A stretch of 36,130 nt of DNA. Origin: Asterionella formosa. Its lineage: Eukaryota. Shown piece by piece: positions 21,561-33,307 of the stretch (the first letter of the stretch is position 1; every line of letters starts with the position of its first letter). Position numbers and translations under genes: made by a program. The stretch covers positions 1 through 36,130 of the forward strand of contig NKIB01015409.1 in NCBI GenBank assembly GCA_002256025.1, in the 5' to 3' direction. The notes beneath the pieces were generated by a model, which worked only from the letters and a program-made list of their open reading frames with translations, ran no database searches and was not told the origin of the DNA.

Positions 21561-23186
21561 TTTATCATGCTGGTGGAGTTTCATACAAACCGCTATCATT
21601 GACAGCGGACATCTTCGAAAAATTCGTCCCAGCAAATCTGTCTTCTCAAACAGATTCAGGTGTGACAATTTCTTTTCTGGTTTTCAAAGGTCCGGAATCA
21701 GGTACGATTTCTAAATCCATAGATGGATGTGGAAACTTTGCAACAGTTGAGCGACGAATGTAATATGGATTGGAGAGTACTAGATAAAGGAGTTTTCTTT
21801 GCAGAAGAGGGATCAACGTTCAATGCTAAGGAACCTTCTTCAATATTCAGTTTCCTGTTGCTTGTTAACTGAGGTAAGTGTTCCCCCATTATCAGCTTGG
21901 CACCAATATTGCGAGATAGTACTCCCTTTGATGGAAAATTTACAGTTTATATTCGCAAGATTAAAAACTCACAAGTTGCTGGCTGGTATTGTTGAGTGTA
22001 TGATGAGTTGGCGGCTCAGAGAAGGAATGGACCCAAGGGATGGCTTGTTTTGCCAGTTTAGAAAATTGACTGAATCGTTCAAAAACCGGCAATATGTGGC
22101 ATATATGCTAGCAATTATTTTGATATTGAGCTTATAAGCTTTGAGATATTGTTGTAGGGGGGCAAGATTTCCTGTTGTTGAAAAATGGATGGGCCGACAG
22201 CAATTGTGCCTCCATGAAGCCAATAAGGGGTAGGTACACATTCATGACTGGGGGACACTTCTGAAGATAAGTTCAATGAGTAGAGAAGCAATGCTTTGAG
22301 ATGTGCAATTAAAGTTTGCAAGTAGAGGAAGGGTTGCACACCTCCTCACACATCTAAGCTATCCTACCCTTCATAAGATTGATTCTACATCATTCAGCAA
22401 TTTCTTCAAAAATGGCACAATGTGTGTTCGGAGACAAGAAGATTAAATTTTAGTTAGAGGCTGCTATGCTAGAAACATGAGGAGATTGTGAACAATAAAC
22501 CATCTGTGGGGGATAAATAAGCAAGCAAACTGCTGTTGATTGTTGGATTCTCGTTGGATCCTGGCATCAGGTACTCCTTTGAAAAACAAGAAGAGGAGCA
22601 AGCTTGCTTCTCTCCAGACATGGTAACACCCAACAACACTGTGCAATGCATGCTGCTACCCATGTGTGTAAACTGATGGTTTTCGCACCTGTATCAGCTA
22701 GTGTGAGCCTGCCTGCCATATATCAAAATAAATGTTTGTCTCAACTATATTTATGATACTAGAGCACAATGATAGTTTCATCAACCCTTCAAGAAACTCT
22801 GCATTTATAAGTACTGGAGATACTCCTGCATGACACTAGTTACATATACATAGCGTGTGTTTTGTGCCTTGTGGATGATACGACATACATGATGTTTTGG
22901 GATGTGCACCACTGAGCTACACGCTGTTCAGATTTAACGCTCAAGCTAACAACATGTCCGACAAGCAAGCGCTTCAGCTCAGGCAGCAAGCAACATGATC
23001 GAACAAGCGCAATCATCACCACAAAGCTGATCATACAAAGAGACGAATCACCACAAATGCAGAGCTGCACTAATAATTAAGCTACACACGACTTGCCTAA
23101 ATGAAAAGTTTGTTTTTTCAGTAGAAGATGACCCTAATCCGACAATGAACCAACATCAGAATAACGATTGTCGAAATCATGAAAGT

Positions 23187-23328
23187 TAGAACTTTCCAGC
23201 GCCGAATTTTGCTGGCCCCAATGCTTTACTTAATTAATTAAGTGCTGTGCAGCCTTGATGATGCCGGGGAGTTCCCATGCTTCATCCACTATGTCGCGCT
23301 TTTCTTGCAAGGTGAAGGAAGAACTTTC
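23187..23328 (-). pseudogene. Decayed N-terminal HTH DNA-binding domain of a pogo-type transposase
   Basis: Manual translation gives SSFTLQEKRDIVDEAWELPGIIKA / TAL / K*SIGASKIRRWKVL across frameshifts. This fits the pogo N-terminal pattern (S[YF]T..EK..IV..A......KATA.KY.I....IRRWK). Confidence 0.55.
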
Positions 23329-23818
23329 TCATTTTTCACTTTTCGGAAACAGTGATCATATTAATAAATATTAGAAAAATGCGCGCCATCCTGAAAGAAC
23401 TAATAAAATCATCTTCGGACTAGTTTAGAGTATTCGATTCTTTTCATCATTGTCGTGCCTTAAGTAACATCAGTCAGATTCAGTCACGGCAGTGTGTGTG
23501 CACATTGGGGGGTCCAGGATACCATTTTTCACTCATGGTGGATTGTTGCGTTTGTTTGTAAAATTACGCTATAATAGTCATCTACATAATATTTGCCATG
23601 CTGCCAGCTCGCATGAAACATATTTGTTCATTGTAATAGATAGATGTATATATATATATAATATTATACATCGAGCGATGTAGACAACATATATGTATGT
23701 ATATATATTTAGCGATTTCGAAAAGGAATCTGTCTACCGGTAGACACGAGCAATTTGCACTGATTTAAATATTTCAAATGAAATCATGTCATCCAAAATT
23801 AACTCATAAAAATTCGTA

Positions 23819-23888
23819 GTTCCAGGGATTTCAGCAACCCTAAGCAATATTTAATTTTTGCCTTAGGGTTGAAATGCAGGAACCTTAA
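23819..23888. repeat. Imperfect inverted repeat (mini-element) ending in CC|TTAA
   Basis: GTTCCAGGGATTTCAGCAACCCTAAG (23819-23844) pairs imperfectly with CTTAGGGTTGAAATGCAGGAAC (23862-23883). The right arm recurs at 34060-34084. Confidence 0.6.
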
Positions 23889-24250
23889 TTTAATGTTAAT
23901 GTCAGAATTCAAGGCAAAAACTTGTGATATCAAAACAATGAATATATTTTTAATATGGTCATAATCAAGGTGTTGTCAATCAACTCTCGACTGACGACTT
24001 TCTAGTAAAATCTTTGAATACTTTCTCATTTTGCAAATGGCAAGGTTATAGTCGATGTAGAATAGATTTTTTCTGGTTGAGGAAAAAGATGATTTTAAGG
24101 AATTCATTGACAAGCTTGCAGGACCCTCTTTGTGTTGCTTATGAGGTATCTAAACGGCAAGGAGGGGGTCAAGATAAAATCAAACATTAAAAGAACCCGT
24201 AAGGGAAAGAATTCGATATTTGATTCCGACATCACTTGAGAGGAAGCAGA

Positions 24251-24334
24251 ATGATGTAGTATCGGGCACATACAATCCATGTAGTGTAGGGCACATACAA
24301 GCACAATGATTTAGTATCGCGCACATAAAATCCA
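24251..24334 (+). repeat. Three degenerate ~27-bp tandem units (TGTAGTATCGGGCACATACAATCCA-like)
   Basis: Units start at about 24252, 24280 and 24307 and share TAGT...GCACATA.AA. Confidence 0.75.
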
Positions 24335-25400
24335 AATATGCAATTTCGATAAAATGATATTGCCGGTAATGGTAAAAACATTGCGAACAAAATATGTGCG
24401 ATGTTCAATTAAACCCTCTAACATCATAATTTAACGTTTGTACAAAAATCAGAGAAATTGATCACGCCAAAGAAATAAAAACGAATCTAATTCTATGATT
24501 TAAAAAATTCAAGATGAATTGAAACGGAACTGATCATGTTATTTGATCAAAGTATTGATTGGGCAATCAAAAGACAATTGGATCGATAATTCTCGGAGTA
24601 AACATTCATGAGGACAACGGAAAATGACTGTCTAAGGAATAATAATAATAATAATAAATAAGTCAAACGAATTCAATAAGTACAACTCAGGAAAGTTTGT
24701 ACATGATACATAGGAGTTACCATCTTTAATCATCAAAAAAGGAATTTAAGAGTTCCTCTACATCTAACCATATGAATCAAAGTCCTTTGAGATTTCATAT
24801 CTTTTCACTTGCTAATAGAAATGTTAATATTTTCAAAACGGGAGTGGCGCTAGAAATTCATTTAAAATCAATTCATTATCCGATACTTGAAAATATAAAC
24901 ATAACAGTGAACTTTTGTAACGGCATGACAAGCGTTGTGTTTCATTCAATCTGGATAACAAATGACTATCGTAATTTTCTTTATGCTAAATCTTAGAATC
25001 CAAGACTACCGCAGTTGTCAACTATTGTTAAAGGATATGAAAATTGCAGAGGTTCTGCAGTCTCACTTTGGCTTTGATGGCCACTATGGCCTTAGGCGGT
25101 CTACAAAATCATATTGTCAAACAGATCGCCAATATTTCGTTAAATAATCTTGTAAATGGTTAAGGTCGTTGAATGATCGTGAACATTTTTTGTCTTATCT
25201 CAGGGCGCGTTGTCTCTTCTACATAGAAATTGATTTCCGATCGCAGCATAAATGAAGTTATCATTTTAAATTCGATGATGTCGACGTGAATTTCGCGCTG
25301 AAACGATTAACAAGGCGAATATATTTAAAAAATGTGTCAAATGATTGCTAAATAATCATTGAAGTTACGGAAATTTCATAGTAGATGTCTACTCTTGCTT

Positions 25401-25572
25401 TTTTCATGGTTGTACTATTGGACGCCAAAACAGCTAATCCTAAACAAGGCGCTATATTGCGTTTTTTATTGTAGAGATCGAGTGAGTTTTCATGATTGTA
25501 CTTATGGATCCCAAAATAGCTAATCCTCGACAAGGCGCTATGTTGGGTTATGTGTTTTAGAAATTGAGTGAG
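25401..25572 (+). repeat. 86-bp tandem duplication (2 diverged copies)
   Basis: 25401-25486 and 25487-25572 both read TTTTCATG.TTGTACT...CCAAAA.AGCTAATCCT..ACAAGGCGCTAT.TTG...GAGTGAG. Confidence 0.88.
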
Positions 25573-26046
25573 ATTACCCGTTCAACGTCATCTCATTTTT
25601 TAATCAATGCACCTCATGACAATCGACAACAGTCTTCCTGAGTCTAGCTGCAAGCCTTGAATTTTACTTACAACGGACACCCCTGCTGTGGGAAGATTGT
25701 CAAATGGCTGAAAACATTACAAGGTTCATGCTGGCTGATATTGAATACTGAAAGCGACCAGTCGAATCGTCTCCCTTCAAATTTTTTGATGGAGGACCCA
25801 CTCTGCCATGAAGTCATTATCCCAATTCTGTGATACCGAACGTAAAGGCAAAATTCAAAGCCCGAGGAATCACTACGCGAAAATTGGACCTTCTGGTAGT
25901 ACACAGCATGCTCTGTTTTGAAAGAAACTAGAATGTGGATGGACAACATGACTACTGCTGATGCATCAACCCGGCTTTTATCATGACCCGCTTGTATACA
26001 TAGTTTCACTGCAACAAGCCACAAATGATCAAAAGGCAGTTAATGC

Positions 26047-26190
26047 AGTGTTCAAAGTGGAGCAGGAGGAGAAAGAATCAAGAAAGTAGTACGTAAGCCT
26101 ACAGAAGTTAAGTCACAAAGTGTTCAAAGCGGAGCAGGAGGAGAAAGGATCAAGAAAGTAGTTTGTAAGCCTACAGAAGTTAAGTCACAA
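26047..26190 (+). repeat. 72-bp tandem duplication (2 copies, 4 mismatches)
   Basis: 26047-26118 and 26119-26190 both read AGTGTTCAAAG.GGAGCAGGAGGAGAAAG.ATCAAGAAAGTAGT..GTAAGCCTACAGAAGTTAAGTCACAA. Confidence 0.93.
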
Positions 26191-27071
26191 TCACAATTAT
26201 TAAAAAAAAGATGAGCAATTTCTCCCATACTTCGTTTCACAATCAAACAATACAAAAATTAGATGAGCGATTATCGCATACTACAAATGGGATAGGCTTG
26301 ATGAGAATAAAATAAACTTTGGAGTACATATATAGGGATGATGCTTGATTGCTTACAATAAATTAAATAGTCTTCAACGATACATACAAATATACAGTAA
26401 AAGCAGGAAAGGATGAGGATCTGTGGTCGATCAAATTATTAAATTTGTAGGGAAATTTCTATTGCATCTTTAGAGCATTCATCGCATGTCGCCATAGTGA
26501 CTCGAAACTGAATGTGCCCCAATTCATAATTTGTCTTCTCCTTTTCGGCGGCTACAAATAAATAATAGGACCTCGTCAAGAGTGAACCACTAGAGCTGGG
26601 ACGGTACAAGGTAGCGCGGAGCCTCGACGGCCGTACAATAATTAATTGACAATATGCTATAATCATAAATCGCTGCCACACCACACGATCTAAGTGCGTT
26701 TTCAGGATCCAACGCGGGCAAGTATAACGCATCTCAGTGACAGGTCGATGCGACATAGATGCATCGCTGGGGTTCACAGATTATATGAGCGAGTCGTCAT
26801 TACAACCAGGACGTCTGAGATACCATGATGACAGAAGAATGCGATCAAAAATGGAAAAATCTTGTTTGCCTCCAGGGGGCGCTCTCGAGCTTAGGAAATC
26901 TTTTACCGCTGGCATTGGCACGGATATAATATATCGTTGTCAGGGATTATCATCCACGACTGTCTGAATTTCAACAACACCCCAGCTAAAAAAACCTTGC
27001 AAATGGTAAAAAATGTATGAGACATCTAGAAATGGAGATTATCGACGAGTGTACACAGTTTTTTGCCAGTT

Positions 27072-27199
27072 GGGGGGGGGGNNNNNNNNNNCCCCCCCCC
27101 CAACCCCCCCCCCACCCCCCCCCCCCCCCCCCCCCCCACCCCCACCCCCCACCCCCCCCCCCCCCCCCCCCCCCCCCCCGCCCCCCCCCCCCCCCCCCC
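27072..27199. other. Scaffold gap (10 N) between a G10 run and a ~108-nt near-pure poly-C tract
   Basis: G at 27072-27081, N at 27082-27091, C-rich at 27092-27199. The sequence and the join across the gap are unreliable here. Confidence 0.9.
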
Positions 27200-27605
27200 T
27201 ACCTACCACGTGAACGAGGTCAATATAAATCCTATAAACAAAGCTCCAAAATCCTTTGGGGTTAATGATTCCAACAAACAATGACTGAGACAGAGGAAAA
27301 GCAAAGAATGAAAAAGAAGAGTGACCATGATGATCACCACATTTATCTATATACACAGATAGACGCGAAGATGCTGCACAGATTCACAAAGTATAAAATC
27401 TGCCACTCCACAACATGCTTCAGACTCCTCAGGTATATATATATTATAATATATATATATATATATACATTTTATATATATACATTAAATTACATAAAAT
27501 TTCAAGAAAACTCACAAAATATCTTTTCTTCTTGCAACTTCTTATTGTATTTTCACTTGTGCTGTGAGAGGTCACAATTTACAAATGAATATATATATAT
27601 ATATA

Positions 27606-27716
27606 TTTAAATAAATGTATCTCCACATATGTCAACTAGCCCTGGCCAGGTAGTAGAATAAATGTACATTTTAAATAAGTTTCTCCAAATATGTCAAACT
27701 AGCCGCGGCCAAGGTA
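27606..27716 (+). repeat. Imperfect ~47-bp direct repeat pair following (TA)n microsatellites
   Basis: TTTAAATAA.TGTATCTCCACATATGTCAACTAGCCCTGGCCAGGTA (27606-27652) versus TTTAAATAAGTTTCTCCAAATATGTCAAACTAGCCGCGGCCAAGGTA (27670-27716). Confidence 0.75.
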
Positions 27717-27792
27717 AACTTTCTTTGCCATGTTTCCTTAAAAGGGCTAAGAATATATATATAACATTTGCTTGTGCTCAGACATTATTCTG

Positions 27793-27956
27793 ATGTTTCC
27801 ATGCATAATGTTGTGCATTGTGCCATGTGCGTTGTGCCATTTTAGAGATTGCTGAATAATGTGGCATCTTTCCAATCTTTTGCTCCATGTTTCCATGCAC
27901 ACATTGTGCCAGATTTTAGAAGAGATTGCTGAATAATGTTGTGGCATCTTCCAATC
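27793..27956 (+). repeat. Imperfect tandem duplication (~70-90-bp unit)
   Basis: ATGTTTCCATGCA...TTGTGCCA..TTTAGA..GATTGCTGAATAATGT..GGCATCTT.CCAATC occurs at 27793-27877 and 27887-27956. Confidence 0.8.
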
Positions 27957-28067
27957 ACACTCTATATGATTATACCACTCACTGTGAACTTTTTGTGAGT
28001 ATACCCAGCATGAGGGATTGTTGTTTGCCACGGCCAGCTTTGTGTGTAGTCCATGTTTGCTTTGGGG

Positions 28068-28350
28068 CTATATTGTTGTCAGGCAAAGAAAGGTGTTGGT
28101 CGATGAGTCGGTGTTTGTGCTTTGGATTCGGGAAGTCTGGAAACCCATGGACAATCAGCCATGATTCTCAACCAAGAAGCTACCTCCTGATGGACGAGTT
28201 CCAGGTGCATTTGATGGCAACAAGCCTCAATGCAATTTAGGATTGAGGCACTGCTGTGGACTTCATTTGTGGTGGCTACACATCAAAACTTCAAGCTTTG
28301 GACATTGGAGTAAACAAGCCCTTTAAGGGTTTTGTTGGGAATGCCTACGG
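28068..28350 (+). pseudogene. Decayed pogo-superfamily transposase catalytic fragment (DDE_1, DD35D spacing)
   Basis: Manual translation across frameshifts gives YCCQAK / VDESVFVLWIREVWKP / WT...SYLLMDEFQVHLMATSLNAI*D*GTAVDFICGGYTSKLQALDIGVNKPFKGFVGNAY. There are 35 residues between the D of LLMD and the D of QALD. Confidence 0.85.
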
Positions 28351-30050
28351 AGGAACACACATTGTTCTGTGTGTATGTCCGTTCTTTGAGTGGCCGTGTT
28401 GGTTTTGTTCGATTTGTTAACACATAGCTGTTTGATGTATGTATTAAAGATGGGTATAAGGGTTTTAGCCGAATAACCTCGGACCTGTAGGCGATTGTAG
28501 AAAGAATGGATTGCAGTTTTGAAATGTGTGTCGACCGTTGTAAAATGGTAAATCCGGTGAATCATGCCAGCAATAAGACCGCAAAGGACACCAGGAGGGT
28601 GTGCACTATGTTGTGGTATATAGAGATAGGGATTCATAGATTTTTCGAATAGTGTTGTATCAATAGAATGGGTATGTATATTGATAGAGATTGTGAGATC
28701 CAGGAAAGTTGTTGATAATCGTCGTGGTTCTGCATTCCATTTAAGTATGCCAAAATTATTCATCAAGCTGATAAACGAGTTGTGTGATTTTTCATCCTCG
28801 ATATAGGTAGTTGATGTAGGGACCGAGATTATAAAGCAATCATCAATATACCTTCTGTAGAAGGATATTTGTGAAAACGTTGGGATGGTTTGTATCTCGT
28901 GAATTGCAAAATAGAGGGTGGCATATGTTGGTGCCGGAGGTGTCCCCATACTAGCTGTTCCAGATGTTTGGAGCCAGTATGTATTTCCGAATTTAAAAAT
29001 GTTATGTCACATGATAATTTCGAGTGCATTCATGAGTGCATCAATGTTAATATCTTCGTTGAGGCAGATGTCTGGTCTGTCAATGCGTAGGAATTTATTA
29101 ATGACGGAAAAGTGCATGTGTTGTGTCTATGTTAGTATACATAGAGATTGCGTCCATAGTAAACAATGTTGCGGTTGTTGGAATGTTATTAATGGAGCGA
29201 AGATCATGAACGAGCTCGAAGGAGCTTGATAGGATAAATGGTAGATGTTGAGTGATCATTTTTGAAGATTGACATCAGACCATTTGCCTAGTCCGTGGCA
29301 GATACTTCCGCTCACACTGACGATGGGCCGTGTTGTTAGCGGTGTTTTATGTATTTTAGCCAATAGGTAAAAGTATGCAAATGGGTCTTTGGTTTGTAAA
29401 GATCGGTTAAGGAACTTTGATGTTGTGTCCTTAGGGTTGAAGTGTTTAAGAGTAAAGTTCGAAATCAGTTTTGTGATTGCCATTATCTGTCCTTCAGCTT
29501 GTTGTTCCGAAAGTTGTCGATAGATATTGTTGTTTAGAAGATGGTCGTGGAGAGCCATGTTGATGTATCGAGATCGTTCGATAATGGCTGGACCAAGGTT
29601 TTTATCGCAACGGAAAACAATGAATTTATTATTTTTTGTTAGTAAATCGAGTGCTCTTTGTTGGGAGGGTAAGAGGTTATGTCGACGATGTTTGTGTTGA
29701 AAAAGTGTCGGAAGTGTTTTTTTGAATGCGTTGATTCTGACACGAAATTCAGAAGTGATTTCATTGGTAGGAGGTATCCAGTTGGAGCGAATAAAAAGTT
29801 TAGTTGGAGGTAATGGTTCCCAACCTGCAAAGTAAAATTTTATTAACATATCCCGGTTGAATCTTGTGAAATCAGCATCTTCACTTTTGGGTGAGTATCT
29901 TGGCGTTATACAGAAATTAAGGCCAAGTCCGAGAAGTGATTTAATTCCAAATGTGGCTTTCTCAGGGGATGTAGAGAGGTTGTGACATGCAACATTCTGT
30001 GGTCTTGAGAAGTATAGCCAAGGAGGTAGAGTTTGAAGAAGTTTCTTAGT
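28350..30050 (-). mobile_element. Decayed Penelope-like retroelement (PLE) reverse transcriptase, 3'-truncated
   Basis: Motifs occur in order across three frames: SLLGLGLNFCITP, CDKNLGPAII, FYLLAKIHKTPLTTRPIVS, LFTMDAISMYTNID, IIM*HNIFKFGNTYWLQTSGTASMGTPPAPTYA, YRRYIDD, FLDLTI and YLYIPQHSAHPPG. Frameshifts are near 29258 and 29110, and one in-frame TGA is near 29008. Confidence 0.9.
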
Positions 30051-31067
30051 GTATGAGGACTGGATGGTTGCCCATGCATCCTCATGATACGAAGGTGAAG
30101 CGATAGGATGTCGCTCAGTGGGTTTGGACAGCTTGGCTGCTGAGGGTGTCACAATCAACAATTTTGAACACTTGGAATGTGGTTGGTTACATTGCAAGCG
30201 ATTGATGACTCTACTTTATTCAAAAAGTGTAGCATGTGACAAAGAAATAAAACTTTATAGTCTGTTTAAGTATGCTCTATTGTTATATTATTAATTTGTA
30301 GAAGCAATTCATTAGCATTAATGTTAAATAGCTCAAGCCGTAATTTACAATTCGATTTTTCGTGTTGAAGCTAGTAGAACTACAGTTGACGTGAATCAGC
30401 ACTATGAATGCTAAAGGAAATGACTCAAGAGTCTATTTACTGTTATACAAAATTATAATATATAGTATAAAGTGCATTTCTATATCGTTGCTTATTGAGG
30501 ACTGCTACAATCGAATCTACTCCCGGCCTTGAATATATCCTTCATCAAGCAGAATGAAGCCATTCTGGTATTCCTCTTGCTCTTCTTTCTCGTCATAGAA
30601 TGGAGGGATGTGAGGATCGCATCTTCTGTGATTTTTGTTGCCCTGAGTGTCAGTGTTGAAGGGATGAAGTCGAAGAGTTGGTGGAGAAGTATTTGGATGA
30701 TGATTACATATTCTCACGAGAATGGGTGGACTGTTGGGAAAAGGTATTCTTGGAAGGAAGTTCCTGACTGTTGTTTGAAGGGGGTTCTGTTCGATCCCAT
30801 GCTGTGAAAAACAAGGACCCCAACGAATTGTACATTGGCATCAAACCTGCGTCTAAACGTTTTAAGTCTACTAGTAGTGATTAGTATTCTTCTTTCCTCT
30901 TTTCATTCATTTCAATAGAATTTCTACTTCTAGCCACCTACGCATGTCATTTCAAAAACTTTCAGAAGCGAGGTGGCATGTATTCGAAATGATTTCTATG
31001 TCACAAATCGTTTTTTATAATTCAATTTTGCTCTATATTTTAAACACACAACAACAGAAACAGGAAT

Positions 31068-33307
31068 ATGCTGCGTTCCAAAGGTGGTCGACTTGTTTTT
31101 GAAATTGGAACTGGTGCTGGTCATGGAGGTCGAAATATAATTGGGGATGAAAATCAGAATTGGTGGTCCTCTAAAATACCATTCCATCCCCCCAAAACAA
31201 TCACATCAACAATAGATCCAGGATCTCAACTAAACAGGAATCATCTAATCAATCATCATTCATTGCTGAAGTTGCTGCAGGAAGATACGTGTTGCAAAAA
31301 ATGTGTTAATACAATGTAAAAGAATATTGCAAACAATCATTTCGTGACTTTGTGACTTACTTTATATCAAATAGAAAACATAATCTGTCCATTGAACAGC
31401 AATGTGAAGCATTTCTAGTCCCAGGATCATAATATGCTTGACCAACCAATTTCACGCATGAAGAAACCATTGATTCTTTTGTCTTCGGAAAATTTCGGCT
31501 TGGCAAGCGAATTTGAAGTCTCCTGTTTCACCTGTCAGGAAATGATTTCTAAACTCGAATCTGCAAGAAGCAACAACATTGAAGAAGAGAATGGTGAGGT
31601 AACGAATAAGGAAATAGAAGCAAAACAATTTTCTATCAACAAACAGTTTATTTTGGGTTGTCATGCATGAAGCCGGAATGGGACTGGCCGATGCAGATAT
31701 CATTTGCTCCGCAATGAACTTACCACTTACCTTTGGATTTTGGTCTACACAAGGCAACTTCGTCGGTGTTGTGGAAGAAAAGATAGGAAAGGCTGAAGTT
31801 GCTGCAACCGCTCTTGCAATGAAAGAGGTGTGTCAGGAAGAAATATATCAGACACTCAATGTGCATGAACGTGGAGATTGGTATGACAAAGGACGTGATT
31901 TTCAGTGGTGGAACAGTCTTACTGCTACGGAACGCTTGTCTGTACTCAATATGCCACAACTCACCGTTAATTACGTTATGGGCTGGCAGCAGTGATCCAG
32001 CGGGAAGAAGTACAATTCTGGTGTAAGTGGACATGCTTTTTGTATTGGTGGCTACACGAAAAAGATACTAGACTATCGTGTGAAATCTAAGGTCTGTAAT
32101 GTGTGCAACAGGCGGGCTATCCAGTACAACAAACCAATCAAGGAACATGTTTGCCCCATGAATCATGTAACCGGTAGTTCGAAGGCAAGCAACGGAACCA
32201 GATGCAGTTGCTAAGTGCAATGTTATCTACTTTACAATCATCTGTGATGATGATTCTACTGTTAGTAGAGCTGTTTCCAAATGGTCCTATAAGGAGTTGT
32301 TGAAACTACAGCCATCCTTCCAATGGCCAAGAACATTGAAAGGATTAAAAAAATCCGACAAAGGATGCCTTCCGCTGAATATACCCAAACCTAAATTTTT
32401 GTCTGACCCATCCCACAGAATACGGGTCCTACTCCGCCGTGCATTTCTGAAAGCCAATTTCCCAGTCTCCCTTGAACATTCTTCAAAAGCAGATTGCCTC
32501 CGACTAAAGATTTATTATGGGTCCTGGATCAAGAAAAATCGCAACCTTGCTCTGACCGAATTCACAGAATCCTCGAAAGCACCAATCAACCACTTGTTTG
32601 GCTGCCATGATGATTACTGCTCTGAGACATGGTGCACTGTATAAGCAGGAAAAAAGGTTAGCAACGGAAAATATCATGACAAGGAAAAAGAAACAAAATC
32701 ATATCAATGGTTGATGTTGCATGTTGCAACGAAAGTCGAAGGCGAAAAGCTGCTATCATTGCATCATCCCTTTGACACTCAGATTAGCTAATGAGGCAAT
32801 GAAAAATGCAGTGTCACAAAGATGTCCTAAAAAAGGTGTTTGCTGGATCCGGAAGCCTGCAATATCGAGTTGCTTTGGTTGCTGGGCAGTACACACAAGG
32901 AGCTACACAATACAAAAAGGATGTGTACAAGCAATGTGGAATGGAGATGTCACAACAACTGCAAGAATCCTTCTGGAGACAAAAGGAAGAGCGACGGAAT
33001 GACGAAACGACGATGCAGCCTACAAAGACCAATTCAAACGGAAAAGGAAACGAAACTAAAAATACATACCGCACAATTTGAAACAGTCCAACAAGAAAGG
33101 AAAGACAACAAATCAGGTAAGACTTGCGGCTCTGGTGTAGCACTAACAGAATGTCATGAGACAGCAAGAAAAGTCAACACAATTATTGGTCAATGTAAAC
33201 ATTGTGGTCAAAATGATCATCGAAGGAAAAGCAGCACACTCTGTCCATTCTTTGAAGGCAAACTGCAGTCTAGTACTGGTACACGTACTATGATCAATGA
33301 TGTCTAG
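31068..33307 (+). mobile_element. Decayed 'Mutator-like' (PF20700-type, possibly Kolobok) DDE transposase with a C-terminal zinc knuckle
   Basis: Fragments in order: NHLINHHSLLKLLQEDTCCKKC; FGLASEFEVSCFTC; FSINKQFILG / MHEAGMG...MNLP; LTVNY(V)MGWQQ*SSGKKYNSGVSGHAFCIGGYTKKILDYRVKSKVCNVC...HVCPMNHVTGSSKA; IICDDDST; DPSHRIRVL; HLFGCHDDYCSETWC; NEAMKNAVSQRCPKK; GSGSLQYRVA; CKHCGQNDHRRKSSTLCPF. There are many frameshifts and stops. Confidence 0.82.

Noticed and set aside
27013..27356. Poly-Pro and poly-Gly ORFs (formin/extensin-like)
   Set aside because: They are translations of the poly-C tract next to the N gap, so they reflect low complexity or an assembly artefact.
23187..28350. The two pogo fragments being halves of one element
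   Set aside because: They are on opposite strands, ~4.7 kb apart and separated by a scaffold gap, with no shared TIRs seen.
27700..31000. Hammerhead ribozyme or pseudo-LTR belonging to the PLE
   Set aside because: No CTGATGA...GAAA core was found by eye on either strand and no flanking repeat was seen. A covariance-model search would be needed to exclude variants.
31993..31995. Selenocysteine or stop-codon readthrough at in-frame TGA codons in the TEs
   Set aside because: The same elements have several frameshifts, and the positions fit Arg rather than Cys, so ordinary decay explains them.
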